In this document: positions 1 to 15,534 of the stretch, piece after piece
Layout of the letters: every line of letters starts with the position of its first letter
How positions within the stretch are numbered: the stretch's first letter is position 1
Origin: the human T2T-CHM13v2.0 reference genome, Homo sapiens
Length of the DNA: 64,000 nucleotides
Assembly (NCBI RefSeq): GCF_009914755.1
Contig: NC_060937.1
Reading direction: 5' to 3' (one strand)
The notes under the pieces: model-generated
The model's input: the letters and a program-made list of their open reading frames with translations, nothing else
Told to the model about the DNA's origin: nothing
Database searches by the model: none
Position numbers and translations under genes: made by a program

Positions 1-720
1 TGGACACCACCTTAACCAGGTTATCAAAATTAACATCACCAATTATGGAACAAAGAATTATTATGTTCATATCCTGAAAAGGACCTATCAGTTATGTCCT
101 TGTAACATATGCAGTTACAATCAACATGCATAACTTTGATCGTAAGGGAAAATAAGATAAACTTAATTTGAGGGACATTCTGTAAAATACCTGGTCTATG
201 TTCTTCAAAAATACGATGTTCCAGATTAAAGGAGACTTGGGAGTCATGCTGCCCAAGTGGAAAATGTGATCCTGGACTGGATTTTGTACTGGAGAAAAAA
301 TGTCTGATGAAAGGCCATTTTAGGATCAATTGATGAAATTGGACTATGGATTGGATATTGGTATTATATGAATTTTACATTTCCAGGACTTGGTACATAC
401 CGACCGTGGTTAGGAAAGAGAATATTCTTGTTCTTAGAAAATACACACTGAAGTATGAAGGAAAACGGCACCATGATGTGTGCAACCTGCTCTCAAATGG
501 CTTAGGAATAATACCTGTGCATGTCAGTACATAGTGTGTGATTGTGTGTATGTGTGACAGAGACAGAGAGAGAAAGCAGCTATGGCCAAATAACAGTTGG
601 TGAATCTGGTTAAGGAGGAATCAAGAGTTCCAGGTACTATTCTAGAAACTTTTCTAAGTTTGAAATTATTTCAAACTACAACCTTTTCAAAATCTATAAA
701 AGAAAGTTAAGAGTGTTGCC
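1..720 (+). mobile_element. Old L1M (L1ME/MC-like) 3' fragment
   Basis: Motifs such as caccaccttaaccaggttatcaaaattaacatcacc and gaatattcttgttcttagaaaatacacactgaagtat resemble L1M 3' ends. Confidence 0.6.
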
Positions 721-3097
721 ATCATAATACTTTGAAGTTTCCCTCTGCCTGTTGTTTTTCCCTTTCAGCAAACAAAACAAATTGAGATCAGCATTTCACA
801 GCTGACCACACCATCCACGCCATCGCCTCCCCATTCCCTGTCCCCAGAGTGAACAAATGCCACGCACCTGCCTCTGTAGCAAAACTTTGTCCTCATTTTT
901 CCCAAAACTCAAAAGGTGCCCCTGGGCAGGGATCTCATAGCCACCCATGGGTAAGGCTGTGACAGGTGTTTTCAAGAGAAACCACTGTCACGTGCCCATT
1001 GACTTGATCCAGCCCCTCCCGCTTGCCACTTCTCCACTCAGACTGATGGTTTCAGCAGCTCTTCAGGATTAACAGGTGGAGTATGGAGCCACAGTTTTCC
1101 TCTTCTACCTCCACTAGAGAATTTCTAGACAAAGGTTATCCCCATGGATAAGAAAAGCCCAATAACCTGCCATGTGTAAAATCTTCCTATAACATGTTTA
1201 AAAAATAAGATACTGCTGTCAAGTTCAGCTGAAAAGAAATATCAAAATTCCGTTATGTTACTGTTTACTTGATACAGCAGTGAGTCACATTCCTCATGGG
1301 GCAGCCGTTAAGACGAGGTATTTAAAGGTGATATATTTCTCAGTTTGGGCACTTCAGGAAAAAAAAAGTGTCAAAAAGGGAGTGAAAGGAGTATGTGTGT
1401 GATTGAAGTCTTCAGGGTTGTTTTTTTTTTTGTTTAATGAGTCATTTTTCCTTGATCATCCCAGAATGACAACAGCGAGGTTACTTCTTGTCAACATCAG
1501 TTTAAAACAGTACTTAATTTCTTCCTCGCTCCGTGTTACGAGAAGTTGTAAAAACATGAGGGGTTGTTTTTAACATACACTTTCTTATACATTGATTTTC
1601 TAAATCTTGTTTTTGGTGTTTCTTGATTATCCTGCAAATAGCTGTTATAAACCATTGTTGCCTTAAAGATGCAAGGTTCTTACTGGCATTATTCATTCTG
1701 CAGGCTCTTGGTGTTCTTTGCAGTGGGTACTATAGAGATTATAAAAGATAAAAAAGATACTGTTGTTGCCCTCAAGATGCTTACAAAAAAGTTTATAAAT
1801 TTATATTGTATAATCTCTTGGCCAGTTTGTTTAACCACTGTCTAAAATATTTGTTAATAACATGTTAAGATAACTTGAATTAACAAAAGCTTTTTTTGCT
1901 TACTTTTTCAATTAAATGTTTGTATTTTCTTCATTTAAATATCAGAGCCACGTAATTTTAATGCATTAAGAAACTTAGTAATTTTTTAAGCCAAGAAAAA
2001 TAGAAATTATTATTTGAGTTTTTTCTGCTGTAAACAGATACTTTAGGAATTTAGTGAGAGTTCAAGAAAACCTGGTAGACATGAAATGTATGCCATGTAC
2101 TTTGAAAGCAGAATATTCTAAGAAGAATGTGCATCCTTTAATAAATCCAATAGTAGTTTGATAGCCATAGAAATCTTTTGCCACCTTTTCTACTTTTGCT
2201 ATTTTTGCTGTTATTAAGATTCAAGATTTTTAGTTCTTCAGAATCCACTCCCGTTTTTTGGTGAGTAAACCCACGGCACCTCTGCCAATTCATCACCCCT
2301 CAGAGATGCCACCCCAGCCCCATTTAAGAATATCCCAAGAAGGAGGCTGCTGTGCAGGCAGGCGGTGGGAGGCTGCAGAGTGCCAAGCCACACAGTGCGC
2401 CCTGTGCTGCCTGGCCTGCTAGCTAGACAGTCAGGATGGCAACAGCGATCCCCGGAAACCACAAGGCGAGATGTCTGCTCATGCCTTCCCTGTGCAGACG
2501 TGCGGGGAGGAAGATCAGAAGAAAACCCCACAAGTTCCTATCAATTTCACAGAACTTTCCAAGTGCTCTTAGAGTTGAAAGATAATGTCTGGGGAAAGAG
2601 AAGTCTAAATCTGATGAAAGGACAAAGGTGGATAAAGTAGGCTGTGGGGGGAAAATGAAGGATGATGGACCAGCTAAGGGAGGCAAGGAGAAGGCCCCTA
2701 ATGCCCCCCAAAGACCACTGCCTGTTCTGTTCAGGATCCCCAGCATCAAATCCATAGACCCTGGGATTGCTTTTGGAGATGGGTAGACAAGCTTGGTGAG
2801 CTGTGGAATCAGTGACCGTGAGAAGCAGCCTTAGGACACCAAGGTGGGGAAGCTGCTGGAGAAAGACAGGTGGCGTCACCGGCTCTGAGTCTAAAGGGAA
2901 AATGGGTGGCAAGAAGGTCCTGCCAGGGTTGCCCAGAGAAAGGTAGACAAGAAAGAGGAGGAGGAGGAAGAAGAAGATAAATAGAAACTGTTTGTCAACA
3001 ACAACAGCAAAAATGCCAAGCCAAAGACCACTTGATAAAACTCCTTCGAGTAATCAAATACGCTCAATGTCTGCTATCTTAGAAATAAGTGTATCCA

Positions 3098-3400
3098 GGC
3101 CGGGCGCGGTGGCCCACACCTGTGATCCCAGCACTTTGGGAGGCTGAGGCGGACGGATCACGAGGTCAGGAGATCGAGACCATCCCGGCTAGCATGGTGA
3201 AACCCTGTCCCTACTAAAAAATAAAAAAATAAAAATTAGCCGGGCATGGTGACGGGCGCCTGTAGTCCCACCTACTTGGGAGGCTGAGGACAGGAGAATG
3301 GTGTGAACCCGAGAGGCAGAGCTTGCAGTGAGCTGAGATCACGCCACTGCACTCCAGCCTGGGTGACAGAGCAAGACTCTGTCTCAAAATAATAATAATA
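3098..3400 (+). mobile_element. AluY-like SINE
   Basis: ggccgggcgcggtgg...gatcacgaggtcaggagatcgagaccatc, (AAT)n tail, TSD ataagt(g/a)tatcca. Confidence 0.95.
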
Positions 3401-4285
3401 AGTATATCCATTATTCCATCTCTCTCTTTTTTATTGTTTTTTTTTTTTTTTTTAAACAGGTATCTTTATACTACTATGACCCATACTCAAAATTAACAAA
3501 TGATTAAATTTTTCTCATATTTGCTTCTGATTTTTTTAAAACCAAAGGGGGAAAAACTCATCAAGTGTATCTCTTCTGACCCTCCCAAAGCTTAGAAAAT
3601 GACTGTTAGGTAAAATCAGACAAGAAAGTTAAATAAGACTAGACCAAAGCTGGGATTTAACAAAAGGAAGATGAGCAAATTTCAGCTTCCTCTCTTCGAT
3701 TCATGTCTTTCTTTCCTTTAGCTGACAGTGACCAGCTGTCTGCTCTGCACCGGGGCTAAGCGCTGTGCTGAATTCTGAAAACACTAAGATGGATAAGGCG
3801 GAATGTCCTGCCCTGAGGAGCTGTGAGCCCAGGGCAGGGAAACAGGTGGACAAAGAGCTTGTGGAAGTGTTCGGGTGCTGCTGAGGCCAAGAAAGGCCGT
3901 CAGGGCAGTGGTGTTGCAGAGGAGGGGCCTGAGGACAAGTACATGGGAGGTGGGGAGCCACGGATGGGTGGGCTGGAGTAGAGGGGACTGGAGGGCCGGG
4001 GCACTTCTTGGGATTCTAGAAGCTGGACAGAAAGGAGGCCAGACAGGCTCGCCAAGGGTCTGATGTGTGGCATGTGGTTATACTCTAGACACCAAGGAAC
4101 CATGCGGGATCTTACACAAGAAACACCATCATTGGGTTTCCCAAGAGGATGGACTGGACACAGAGGAGGGGGCAGGTTATAATCTTATAATTTTCTCTAT
4201 CCAGGCCCAGGAAACATGGTGCAACTGCCCAGACAAGAGATGTTACCATTTGGTGCATTAATATTAATAATACATTTATAATGCA

Positions 4286-4712
4286 TGTCAAACGACAGAA
4301 TTACAGCAAATTTAGTGACAGATCTATTTGGCTTTTATTTGCAACTTATGAATTAGTGCAGCCTCCATTCTACAAAACAGAATGTGAGCTCCCGCCAGGC
4401 AGTACTGGAACAGTGCATTTTGTAAGAAGGAAACAGAGCAATAGAAAAATAACTGATAGGTTAACATTGAGTTACTTCAGGTTGCTTTTTTTTTAAGGGT
4501 TAAAGCAGAGGGGAGTTCCTTATTATGCTGACTTGTGTAGTCTGGGATCTCCTATTTTTAGAAAAAGCAGGTCTTCTTGTTTTGGGATCTGTCTGCTTCC
4601 TTAAAGTTTCAATTTGATTGTGTGGCATTTAGCATGAGTGACTCCATTTAGTTTGGTCTTCTGGTTTGTTGGAGCCCAAAACAATGGCGTCCCATAATTT
4701 TGGTCAATTCAC
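4286..4712. mobile_element. Solo LTR, ERV1/MER4-group-like
   Basis: Starts tgtcaaacgacagaattacagcaaatttagt and ends near ...aattcaca; resembles MER4-group LTRs. Subfamily uncertain. Confidence 0.55.
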
Positions 4713-6066
4713 ATGACACGTCGTGTGGATTCTGTTTATGTCTCTGAGATATCCATTAGCCCAAGTAGAGAGAATGGCTTTAAACCCACAAGGTGCTTTC
4801 ACTCTTAGCTGATAAATAGCAAAATGTATTTAGTATTAGAGAATCTAAATCTTAATGAGGCTGTCTCCTCTCTTCTCATCTCAGGAATCCTTACCACTGT
4901 CTCCAGAAAACCCACCGAAACTCCTAAAATGCTCACCTTCTGAAAGCAGGGCTCTAATATTTATTGGTTTTGAGACACATCTCGTGCTTCTGCTCTGAGT
5001 AGCCAAGCATGGCAGCACATTGGGTATTGGGTTAGCCTCCCATGGCGTCTGGTCTCCCTGTGGACAGCGAGCTTCCTGAGGGCTGGGGCCATGTCTGCCT
5101 TGTTTGCTACCCTATGAAAAGCCTGATACACACAGGTGCCCCAGCATCGGTCGGAGAAGGGTTGAACACGAAGGTGTGGCCAGTAAACTTCCCTTTCAGA
5201 ACTCTTGTTTTCACATAAAAAATGTGCTAGAGAGTGGTATTATGCCAGGTTTTTCCATTGCTTGCTCTAGTAGATTGGAAATACGTTTTCTAACAAGATC
5301 CCAAAGTTAGATGTGTTACAATGAAATACTAGATGGTACTCAAATAGTAACCAACTTTTGTGGGGTGTCTCATTCTGCTGGGTGCTCTGAGAGATGTACA
5401 CAAAGGAGCTCAGCCAGCCTTAACTAAAGACCTGCTCCATACAAGACCCTGACGAGGCTCTAGACACAGTTGGTCTCAGAGCAGCCCAGAACGCTGGCAG
5501 GGTCTGTAATAACCAGAAACCTGAGTTCAACCAAGAGATGTGAAAGGAGGGGGGATCTGCAGTTCTCCCAAGGAAGAGAGTGGTCAGACAGGGAGAGGGG
5601 GGTGGGGGCTGCACTGCCTTGCAAGGGTCTCGGCCATGCGTCAGCATGGGGGTGGGCAGCTGGTGCCAACAGGTAACCGGTGCCAGTTGCTATGACAGCA
5701 GTGGGCGAGGCAGGCCCAGCACATCTGGGCTCCCCCAACAGGGTGTGCATGCTACCCTGCACCCAGTGTGAGCTCAGGATCGGGTGGGGGCCGTCTTCAG
5801 GTGGGCATCGCTTTCTGCAAGCGTCAGAATATGGGAAGTAAAAACCCAAAAAAAACATTTGTTTTTGACGCACTTAGCTAAAAGGGAAGTTAAAGAAAAC
5901 CACACTCTAGTTTGAATAAACCAAAAGGAGTCTTTCACTGAGGGGAGTTGCTAGAAATCTCATTGGAATGAATGTCCCATTTTACTTATGTCAAAGAGGA
6001 GTTGAATTGCAAGTAAAATACCAAAGTGGGATTTCATTTATTTTCTTTTCTCTTTTCCTTTTTCCC

Positions 6067-6283
6067 TTTTTTTTTTTTTTTTTTTTTGAGACATGGTCTT
6101 GCTCTGTATCCCAAGCTGGAGTGCAGTGGTGCTATCATGGCTCACCGCAACCTCGACCTCCTGGGTTCAAGCCATCCTCCCAACTCTGCCTCCTGAGTAA
6201 CTGGGACTACAGGCACATGCCACCAAGCCCAGCTAATTTTTTTTTTTTTTTTTTTTTTGGTAGAGACAAGGGTTGCCCAGGCT
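6067..6283 (-). mobile_element. Partial AluJ-like SINE
   Basis: Poly-T, gagacatggtcttgctctg..., middle T-run, truncated second arm. Confidence 0.9.
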
Positions 6284-6652
6284 GGCATTTTCTTAAATGA
6301 GAATTATCTTGAGGTAGTAGGCACACACATCCCAATCATAGATGTTTAAAAATAAAAAATAAGGAAAGAGAAACTGGTACAGATTTATTTCCATCTCTAG
6401 GGTGTTTTCCTCATTCAGTGGGTTCTCTGAAAAGCACATTATTAGGGAATGTATTCCATCTTGCTCTCCTTTGGAACATTGTCAGGTGACAGTGACAGTG
6501 CTCTTGTGGCAACGCCTATTTCTGTCATGCTCCCCTGCCTTGGTCAGCCAGCCATGTGGAAGTGTCACACCAGGGCTGGTGAAGGGCTGCTGACGCCTGT
6601 GGTTCAGAAGCTCGTGACGAAAGGCAACTGATGGAGTCACACCTTGCTCCAC

Positions 6653-6752
6653 TGGGGCACCCTGGACACCTCCAAGAGGGTCTTCATCCCTGTGGGGGCT
6701 CTGGTGGGGCACCCTGGACACCTCCAGAGTGGGTCTTCATCCCCGTGAGGGC
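6653..6752. repeat. 52-bp tandem duplication (2 copies)
   Basis: tggggcaccctggacacctcca...gggtcttcatccc at 6653 and 6705. Confidence 0.85.
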
Positions 6753-8285
6753 GGAGCTGGAGTTTGCCATTGCCACAGCACCAGCTGCACCTTGGTGTCC
6801 TCTGAGTAGCCTTATCTCTGCTCCTCACCTCTGGAAGTCAGGTTTCCTGTTACGGAAAGCAGGCTCTGGATGTTACATTTGGGGAATGTTAGTGTCTAGA
6901 AATAAGAAATAAGTAGATGTGGAAGACAGGAAAGCAAAGCATGCTGGAGGCGAACCCAACTAGAGCTGGCTTCTCAATGAAGTTAGAGGAAGGAATCATT
7001 TCGATTTGGGGGCTAGAAACCAAGCTGCACTCTAATCTGATATTTTGTGGTGAGGATTTTTAGGCAGAAACTTCTTGTGATGCCTGAGCAGGAGGAAGGT
7101 ACTCGCTGTGCTCTGAGATGGAGAGGGAATGTTGAAAGAACACCTTTTTAGAAAATTTCTTTGAGACATTTTTAAAATTTTCCAGACCAATGAATGACTG
7201 CAAGCCCATGAAGCCAACACTGACGAAGTTGCAGTATGCAGCGCCGTGCCTCGCCTCGCCTCGCCTCACCATTGCCTCCACTCACGCCAGAACAAGTGTC
7301 TATCCTAGCACAGTCTTTTCCAGAGTCTCAGTGTCCTACCAGCATTCTCATTTTGTCCTCCACATGTTTATTGGTCACTTTTGATCTTCACATTCAGCCT
7401 TCTCTAACTGGTGCTGGGCACCGGGTGTGTCAGGCTCTGTGTTGGGGGGAAGCAAGCCAGGCCTGGTGCCAGCCCTCAAGGGAGCTCACCGTCTATGAGG
7501 GAGACCAGATCCATGCAAGGCCCTAACCCAGTACCCAACTCATGCAAGTACCTAGTGCCAGTCCTTAGCGCAGAGGAGACCTGTAAACATTCATTCCTGT
7601 ACTTTAACAACTTGACATCAGGAGATTTTACATTGAAACTTTCTCTTCCTGTGGATGTTAGATCGGATCAGGTGCTCATGGTGAGTTCTGATGCTTCTCA
7701 TCCCAGTAGCTGGACTACAGAGACAGGAAGCAGCCTGCAGAGAAAATGAAGTAGTCCAGGGTTTCAGTGTGAGTTAATGTGTGTTGTGGCTAAAATGTGG
7801 TGCTTTCGATAGGGAGAGAGATGGGCTGACCATCTATAATACCATTATTTATATAGTCATCAGAGTTGTGTATTTGCTAAACTTTATAAATACATAAAGT
7901 GTATTTTAGAACAACACAGTCTTTTTGTTAGAATGTTATGCTCACCATTTAAAAAGATTGTTCCTGTCTTTCTGACTTCTTTAGGGCCCACCACACACCT
8001 GGCCCCGCTGCCCTCCATAGGAGAATAGTGGTCCTGAGAGGTCATGTTTATTGAGCGCTGGTCATGTGCCCGTCACTGTTCTGGGCTTCTCACATGCATC
8101 CCTCTCATCTCCCAAACTGCGAGGAAACAGAGAGTCAGAGCCTGGTCCCCTGCATGTGGTCACACGGGGCCAACTCCAAAGCTCGGGTCTCCCTGCCACC
8201 CTGCGCTGGAGTCAGACCTAAGACAGCATGCAGCTTCCCCTGCATTTTTATTTCACGGAAGCATGAACCTGGTTTTCTGTCCCTA

Positions 8286-10505
<2,220 letters not shown>

Positions 10506-12149
10506 TGTTTTGCTTACCTGACTGCACGTCTGCGCAGGCCTCAATTTCGTCTTTCTGTAATTTGAGCACAGGAGTTGATGCTTCACATGCCGAGTAAGCT
10601 TTCCCAGGAGAGACCGTAATGAGATGTGTGGGGACTGGGCGTGCTGGGCTTCTCTGAGCAGAGGAATAGTGAGAGCCACAGCAGTAATTGTTAGTGTCCA
10701 CCAAAGAGCCCTACAGACAACTGTTCTCTGTGCTGCTAGTTTTTGCTCCAGTTCTTACTGTCTATATGGTGAACCTCTGAAACTACATAAAGAAAGGACA
10801 GCAGGGGCCACTTGGCTAACTTGCACGGCTGTGAGCACTGCACTGCACCCCTCCACTGGGGAGTATTGGGTAAGCACCCATCGGAACACCTATCCCCTGA
10901 CCCTTCTCGTCCTTGCTGGCTGGTTGTCATCGCATACCCAAGCCCAAGCATGCAGTTTCAGTTTGCCATGGATGTTTAGTTTTGGACACTATGGGAAACC
11001 TTCAGGTGCCCTTTCTTAGTGTAATTGTTTATTCTTTTTAAAGAACTGTGCTAACATTATTGCTACTTAGCAATAGTTTTTAATCTGGTGAAAATAACAG
11101 GTCAGTGGGCAGTGAAAGTTCTCCTGTCACACTTGTCTTCTCACCCATAAAAATCACTTAAAGCTCTGAAGCCAGCTTTGGCTAAAGGGGCATGATCTGC
11201 CCCGCAGAGGATGAAGAGCGAGCCCGCTGCAAGCTGTGACAGCAGACGCTCTCTTCTGCCAAGACCTGTGAAAAGCCAGTCTTAGTTGTCAAAACCAGCA
11301 CCGCGGCACATGTCGTTCATGTCTGAGAGAATGAACTCAGAAGGAAGTCTCGTGTACATAGAAAGCTTTCGTTCTTACTCTAGGATGTCACCTACGTGAC
11401 TTACAACCCAGCCCAGCCATCCCAGACCTAAGGGGTTCTTCCCTCTCCAGGGCAGGGCCTGCATGCAGTCCATGCTGCTGCCCTGTGTTGGTGACCTGTG
11501 TGTAGCCAGCCCATTATCAGCATCCTGTGGATTCCAAACCAAATGTATCATCAGTGGAGGGAGAGCTCAAGTGCCAGGTGGAGCTGTGGCCTAAAGTCAC
11601 ACTTCATCACTCCAGATTATGAATCGTCATTTGCCAGATCTCCAAATTGCTGAGTGTGGACAGCAGATGGATTCGTTTGTGCTGGCTGGGTGCAAAGAAG
11701 CAGCCAGTCCTCAGCTGCACTTGAAGTACTACAGGTAGTAGTAAAGGTAGCTTTTCCAAGCCGTTTAAATAAACGTCATTAAGAGTGGCCAAGTTGTTTG
11801 GGGGCCATGGCATCATGGTGGTGGATAGTAGGTGGAAGGAAGGCAGGCCAGCTCCCGTTTGGCCTGAGTTATCTCCACCAATGACAATGGTCCTTAACTG
11901 GAAGGAACATCATACAGGTTATTTCCACCCAAGATTGGAAAGACCACCTTGATCAGAGAGAGTTTTCCTTCCACATGACACATATCCAGCCTGAGTCCTC
12001 CAGCCCCTCTCCCTGCACAACCTGATGGAGGCTTGAGAAAGCACAGGGAGGAACACTTAGCTTGAAAATGTTCCTAAGGAAAAGGAAAGTGTGAATTCTG
12101 AGAACCAAGTGGCAGAATTGAAGTTTCACGTCTGGCAAAAGCTTAAACA

Positions 12150-12690
12150 GATTATTATCAAATAGATGGTTTGTGAACGTTGAAAAGACAGCTGTGGTCT
12201 AGGACACCAAACCAATCCTGTTGGCAAGAGATCACCAAGACCTTTGACAACATCTCATCAGCTTATGAGAGATGTTGGTGACATGCAGAATGGATAATGA
12301 TAGTGCAATGAAGTGGGTTTGAAACTGATTAAAAATGTTGATTAACCCCTTGAACACAGAGTTCTGGGCTCTTTGACCTGACGTGTTTGACATTTTCATC
12401 AATAATAACTTGAACAAAGTTGTAGAGGTTTACTAATCAAATTTAGGCATGATACAAGTTTGAGGGAGATGATTAACAGTAGATAACAAAATGAGAATTG
12501 AAAATAATTCATTTTGGTTGACTGGAAAATGATGAGATGGAGTTTAACAGAGATATGTAGAGTCCTAGACTTAAAAGGTCAGGTAGGATTTGAGAGACCT
12601 GACTTGACAGCATTTTATGTGAAAATTCCTGAGTGTTTTCAGCAGGCCCAGCTTAACTGGCCACACCAGTGATGCAGCTCCTTACACAAG
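12150..12690 (+). mobile_element. CR1/L3 LINE reverse-transcriptase relic
   Basis: Degenerate matches to CR1 RT motifs: agacctttgacaac (KAFD), tttgacattttcatcaat (FNIFIND), ctaatcaaatttaggcatgatacaagtttgaggg (LIKFADDTKLG). Confidence 0.6.
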
Positions 12691-13662
12691 TGCATGCACA
12701 GGCACACACAACACATATGCACACTACTAATGCATTCCTCTGCTCTCATTGAAGCTAAGGGCCCAGACTGTTGGAGGGCAGTGGCCTCACTGCCCTGGTG
12801 AGACCACACCCGTGGTGTCACACTCAGTTCTGGGCGCGGTGTTCTGAGACGGTGTGCACAAATGGGAGGGGATGGGCTGAAAGGAACTGGATCCTGAAAC
12901 ACAGGAATGAGCAAAGGCAGCCACAGCCCTCATACTGGGAGTTCACAGTGGTGGGGAGAAGCTATCACCCCACAGACACAGCTGCAGGGAGCCCAGGACA
13001 GAAGGCAGTGGGGCAATGAGGACTTCGCTCTGGGGGCCTTCTAGTCTGGGAGACATGGAAAAAGGCAGGGGCCCCAAGACCCACCAGGGGAAGAGGAGTC
13101 ATCAGGCTCAGGGCAGAGGGCAGAGACAGCAACACAGCAGAACAAGCCACGGTACCCACAGGCCTGGGTGGGGGCCGAGAAAAGCCAGTGGGTTGAGGGA
13201 GGAAGGAGAGGGCTGTCACACCCGCAAAGTGCTTTATGTAGGAAAAGAGAATAGGGTTGTTCTCGGTTACTTCAAAGGGCAAAATCAAGAGCTGTGGCAT
13301 TGTGTGGATGGCAGCTTGTGAGGGGCAGAACACCAGGGTGGCAGCATTCTCAGCCACCTGGCAGTGAGGCCAGGGCACTCAGCCACAGCTGATGTGCATA
13401 TGATGCATTAGTAGTGTGCATGTGTGTGTGTGTGCCTGTGCACGCTCTTGTGTAAGGAGCTGCATCACTGGTGTGGCCAGTTAAGCTGGGCCTGCTGAAA
13501 ACACTCAGGAATTTTCACATAAAATGCTCTCGAGTCAGGTCTCTCAAATCCTGCCTGACCTTTTAAGTCTAGGACAGTACATATCTCTGTTAAATTCCAT
13601 CTGATCATTTTCCAGCCAACCAAAATGAATTCTTTTCAATTCTAGTTTTGTTAGCTACTGTT
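12475..13662. repeat. Inverted repeat: arms 12475-12735 and 13403-13662, ~94% identical, ~670-bp spacer
   Basis: Reverse-complement match read directly, including an ~80-bp perfect core (agcattttatgtgaaaattcctgagtg...cttacacaag). Confidence 0.95.
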
Positions 13663-14212
13663 TTTTGTTTTTTGTTTTTTTTATCTACGACACTCTCTCC
13701 TCTGGTGGGAAAACAAACTAGAAGGTTTCTGCCTTTGCTCTACGCTGTCCACCAGCCCTGGGCAGCTGAGCATGAATCACCTGAGGGCGCCATAGTGTCC
13801 CAGGTGCTGGGCATCTTGCTGCTCCAGGACAGCCCTCCCCACCGCAAGGCATTTGGAAGACACCTGGCAGCCCTTCTTGGCTTCCTAGCCAGGGCTGTGC
13901 GTCAGTCCCCGTGCTAAGGGTTGAAAGCAACGTTCCGGGGAGGAGCACGCTCACTGCGTGCATTTGTAAGCCTAGTCCTCACCCACTGAGTGGTCCCATG
14001 ACATGGGCGGCACCCCCCGTTTGGAAAAGCCCTGGCTGGACTCCAGCTTCTGAGCAGTGTCCACTGCGTGTCCCTGTTGGCCCTCAACTCTTCCCTAAGG
14101 CTTTTGGGGGAGGAGGGTCTGGGTGTCTGGGCCTGGGTGGTCACTGGGAGGTTCCCTCCCCCACCTGCCTCTCTACTCTCTGCACCTTCTTCCTCATCTT
14201 GCTGAGTCCTTA

Positions 14213-14305
14213 GGTTAATTTTGCTCAGAATATCCAGAGTTAGCCACTAGGCTGCGGGTGAAGTGGGATAGAGAGGAAGAACAGCAGGCTTTCTGGAGCC
14301 ACATG
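14213..14305 (+). repeat. 93-bp direct repeat, intronic copy (partner 16263-16355 in the 3'UTR)
   Basis: ggttaattttgctcaga...ctggagccacatg; 8 mismatches in 93 nt, no gaps. Confidence 0.95.
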
Positions 14306-14938
14306 CCCAGGCCCATGCCCGGCCCCTCCTCCAGCCACCCCATGCCATAGTCCCCATTCACACCCACTGAGTCCCCTGAGCAGAGGAAGGGGTGGTGATA
14401 CTGGGCCCCTTCTCTTTCCACCATGTAGCACCAAGTAGCTCGCTCTCTTTCGGAAAGAAAAATTGGAAACTCTGACTAAGTCCTCAGGTGAACCCACAAA
14501 AGCCTCTTTAATGCGCAAGTGGCTAAAAAACTCAACATGTACAAGACTGTTGACTTTGATGAGGTGTTACTGCAAGTGCAGTTTATTTTAATATAAGTAC
14601 AAAAAAAATGTATTCCTGTGGCAATCTGGGGCCATGAATATTTTTGTAATATATTCTTAATTGGGAAAAAAGGTTGCAAATAAGCTTTAGTAACATTGCC
14701 AATTTCAATACTGGAGACTGCCTGTAGAGAAAAGTACAGGAAATCTCCGTATTCACAGAATCAGGATTTGTGGTCAAAAACAATGCATGCTTGTTCCTCC
14801 CTGCTTCTGGTGGCTTTCACTGCCTCCTTCCTCAGTTGCTGCCCCAGGCTCAGCCCCACTTTGCTGCCTGCGTAAGCCCCAGGCTGCGAGTGGCACAGCT
14901 GTCAAAGTAGTCTGAGCACCCAAAGGCAGGCAGTTCTG

Positions 14939-15168
14939 TGGCAGTGACGCCAGGAGTGCGATGCCAGGGCCGAGCATGGCAGTGACGCCAGGAGTGTGAT
15001 GCCAGGGCTGAGCGTGGCAGTGACGCCAGGAGTGTGATGCCAGGGCTGAGCGTGGCAGTGACGCCAGGAGTGTGATGCCAGGGCTGAGCGTGGCAGTGAC
15101 GCCAGGAGTGTGATGCCAGGGCCGAGCGTGGCAGTGACGCCAGGAGTGCGATGCCAGGGCTGAGCATG
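14939..15168. repeat. 38-bp VNTR, 6 copies
   Basis: Unit gcagtgacgccaggagtg(t/c)gatgccagggc(t/c)gagc(g/a)tg at 14941, 14979, 15017, 15055, 15093 and 15131. Confidence 0.97.
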
Positions 15169-15534
15169 GGTCACCACCATAGGGAATCAAACGACGCTGA
15201 GTCGTGTGTCCTCGCAGTGAGCCTGGGCAGCTCATGCCGACCTGCTTCCAAGGCCTGGTCCCAGTAGGCCACTTTACCCTCAGAAGCCCTGTGTCCTTGT
15301 CTGTAGAATGAGGGTTATGTGCGATCATGCATATATATTGGCTACACATAGTGAACATTGAAAAATTTGTACCTGGTATAACTTTTAAGTATCAGATTCC
15401 ATATTGAAATGAAAATTGGTTTTTTTGTAAACAGTTTTGACCTTTGCCACAAGGCTCACATGAAGAACATTTGGGGCCCAGGGATAAGCGGCAATGTCAG
15501 CGCCCTCAGGTTTCTGCGTTTTCTCTGCCTGCAG

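Noticed and set aside
14774-15358. Repetitive ORFs, and a CRISPR-like look of the 38-bp array
   Set aside because: Head-to-tail VNTR with no unique spacers, in human DNA with no cas genes.
15409-15534. N-terminal part of the 77-aa ORF
   Set aside because: Intronic read-through upstream of the true acceptor at 15535.
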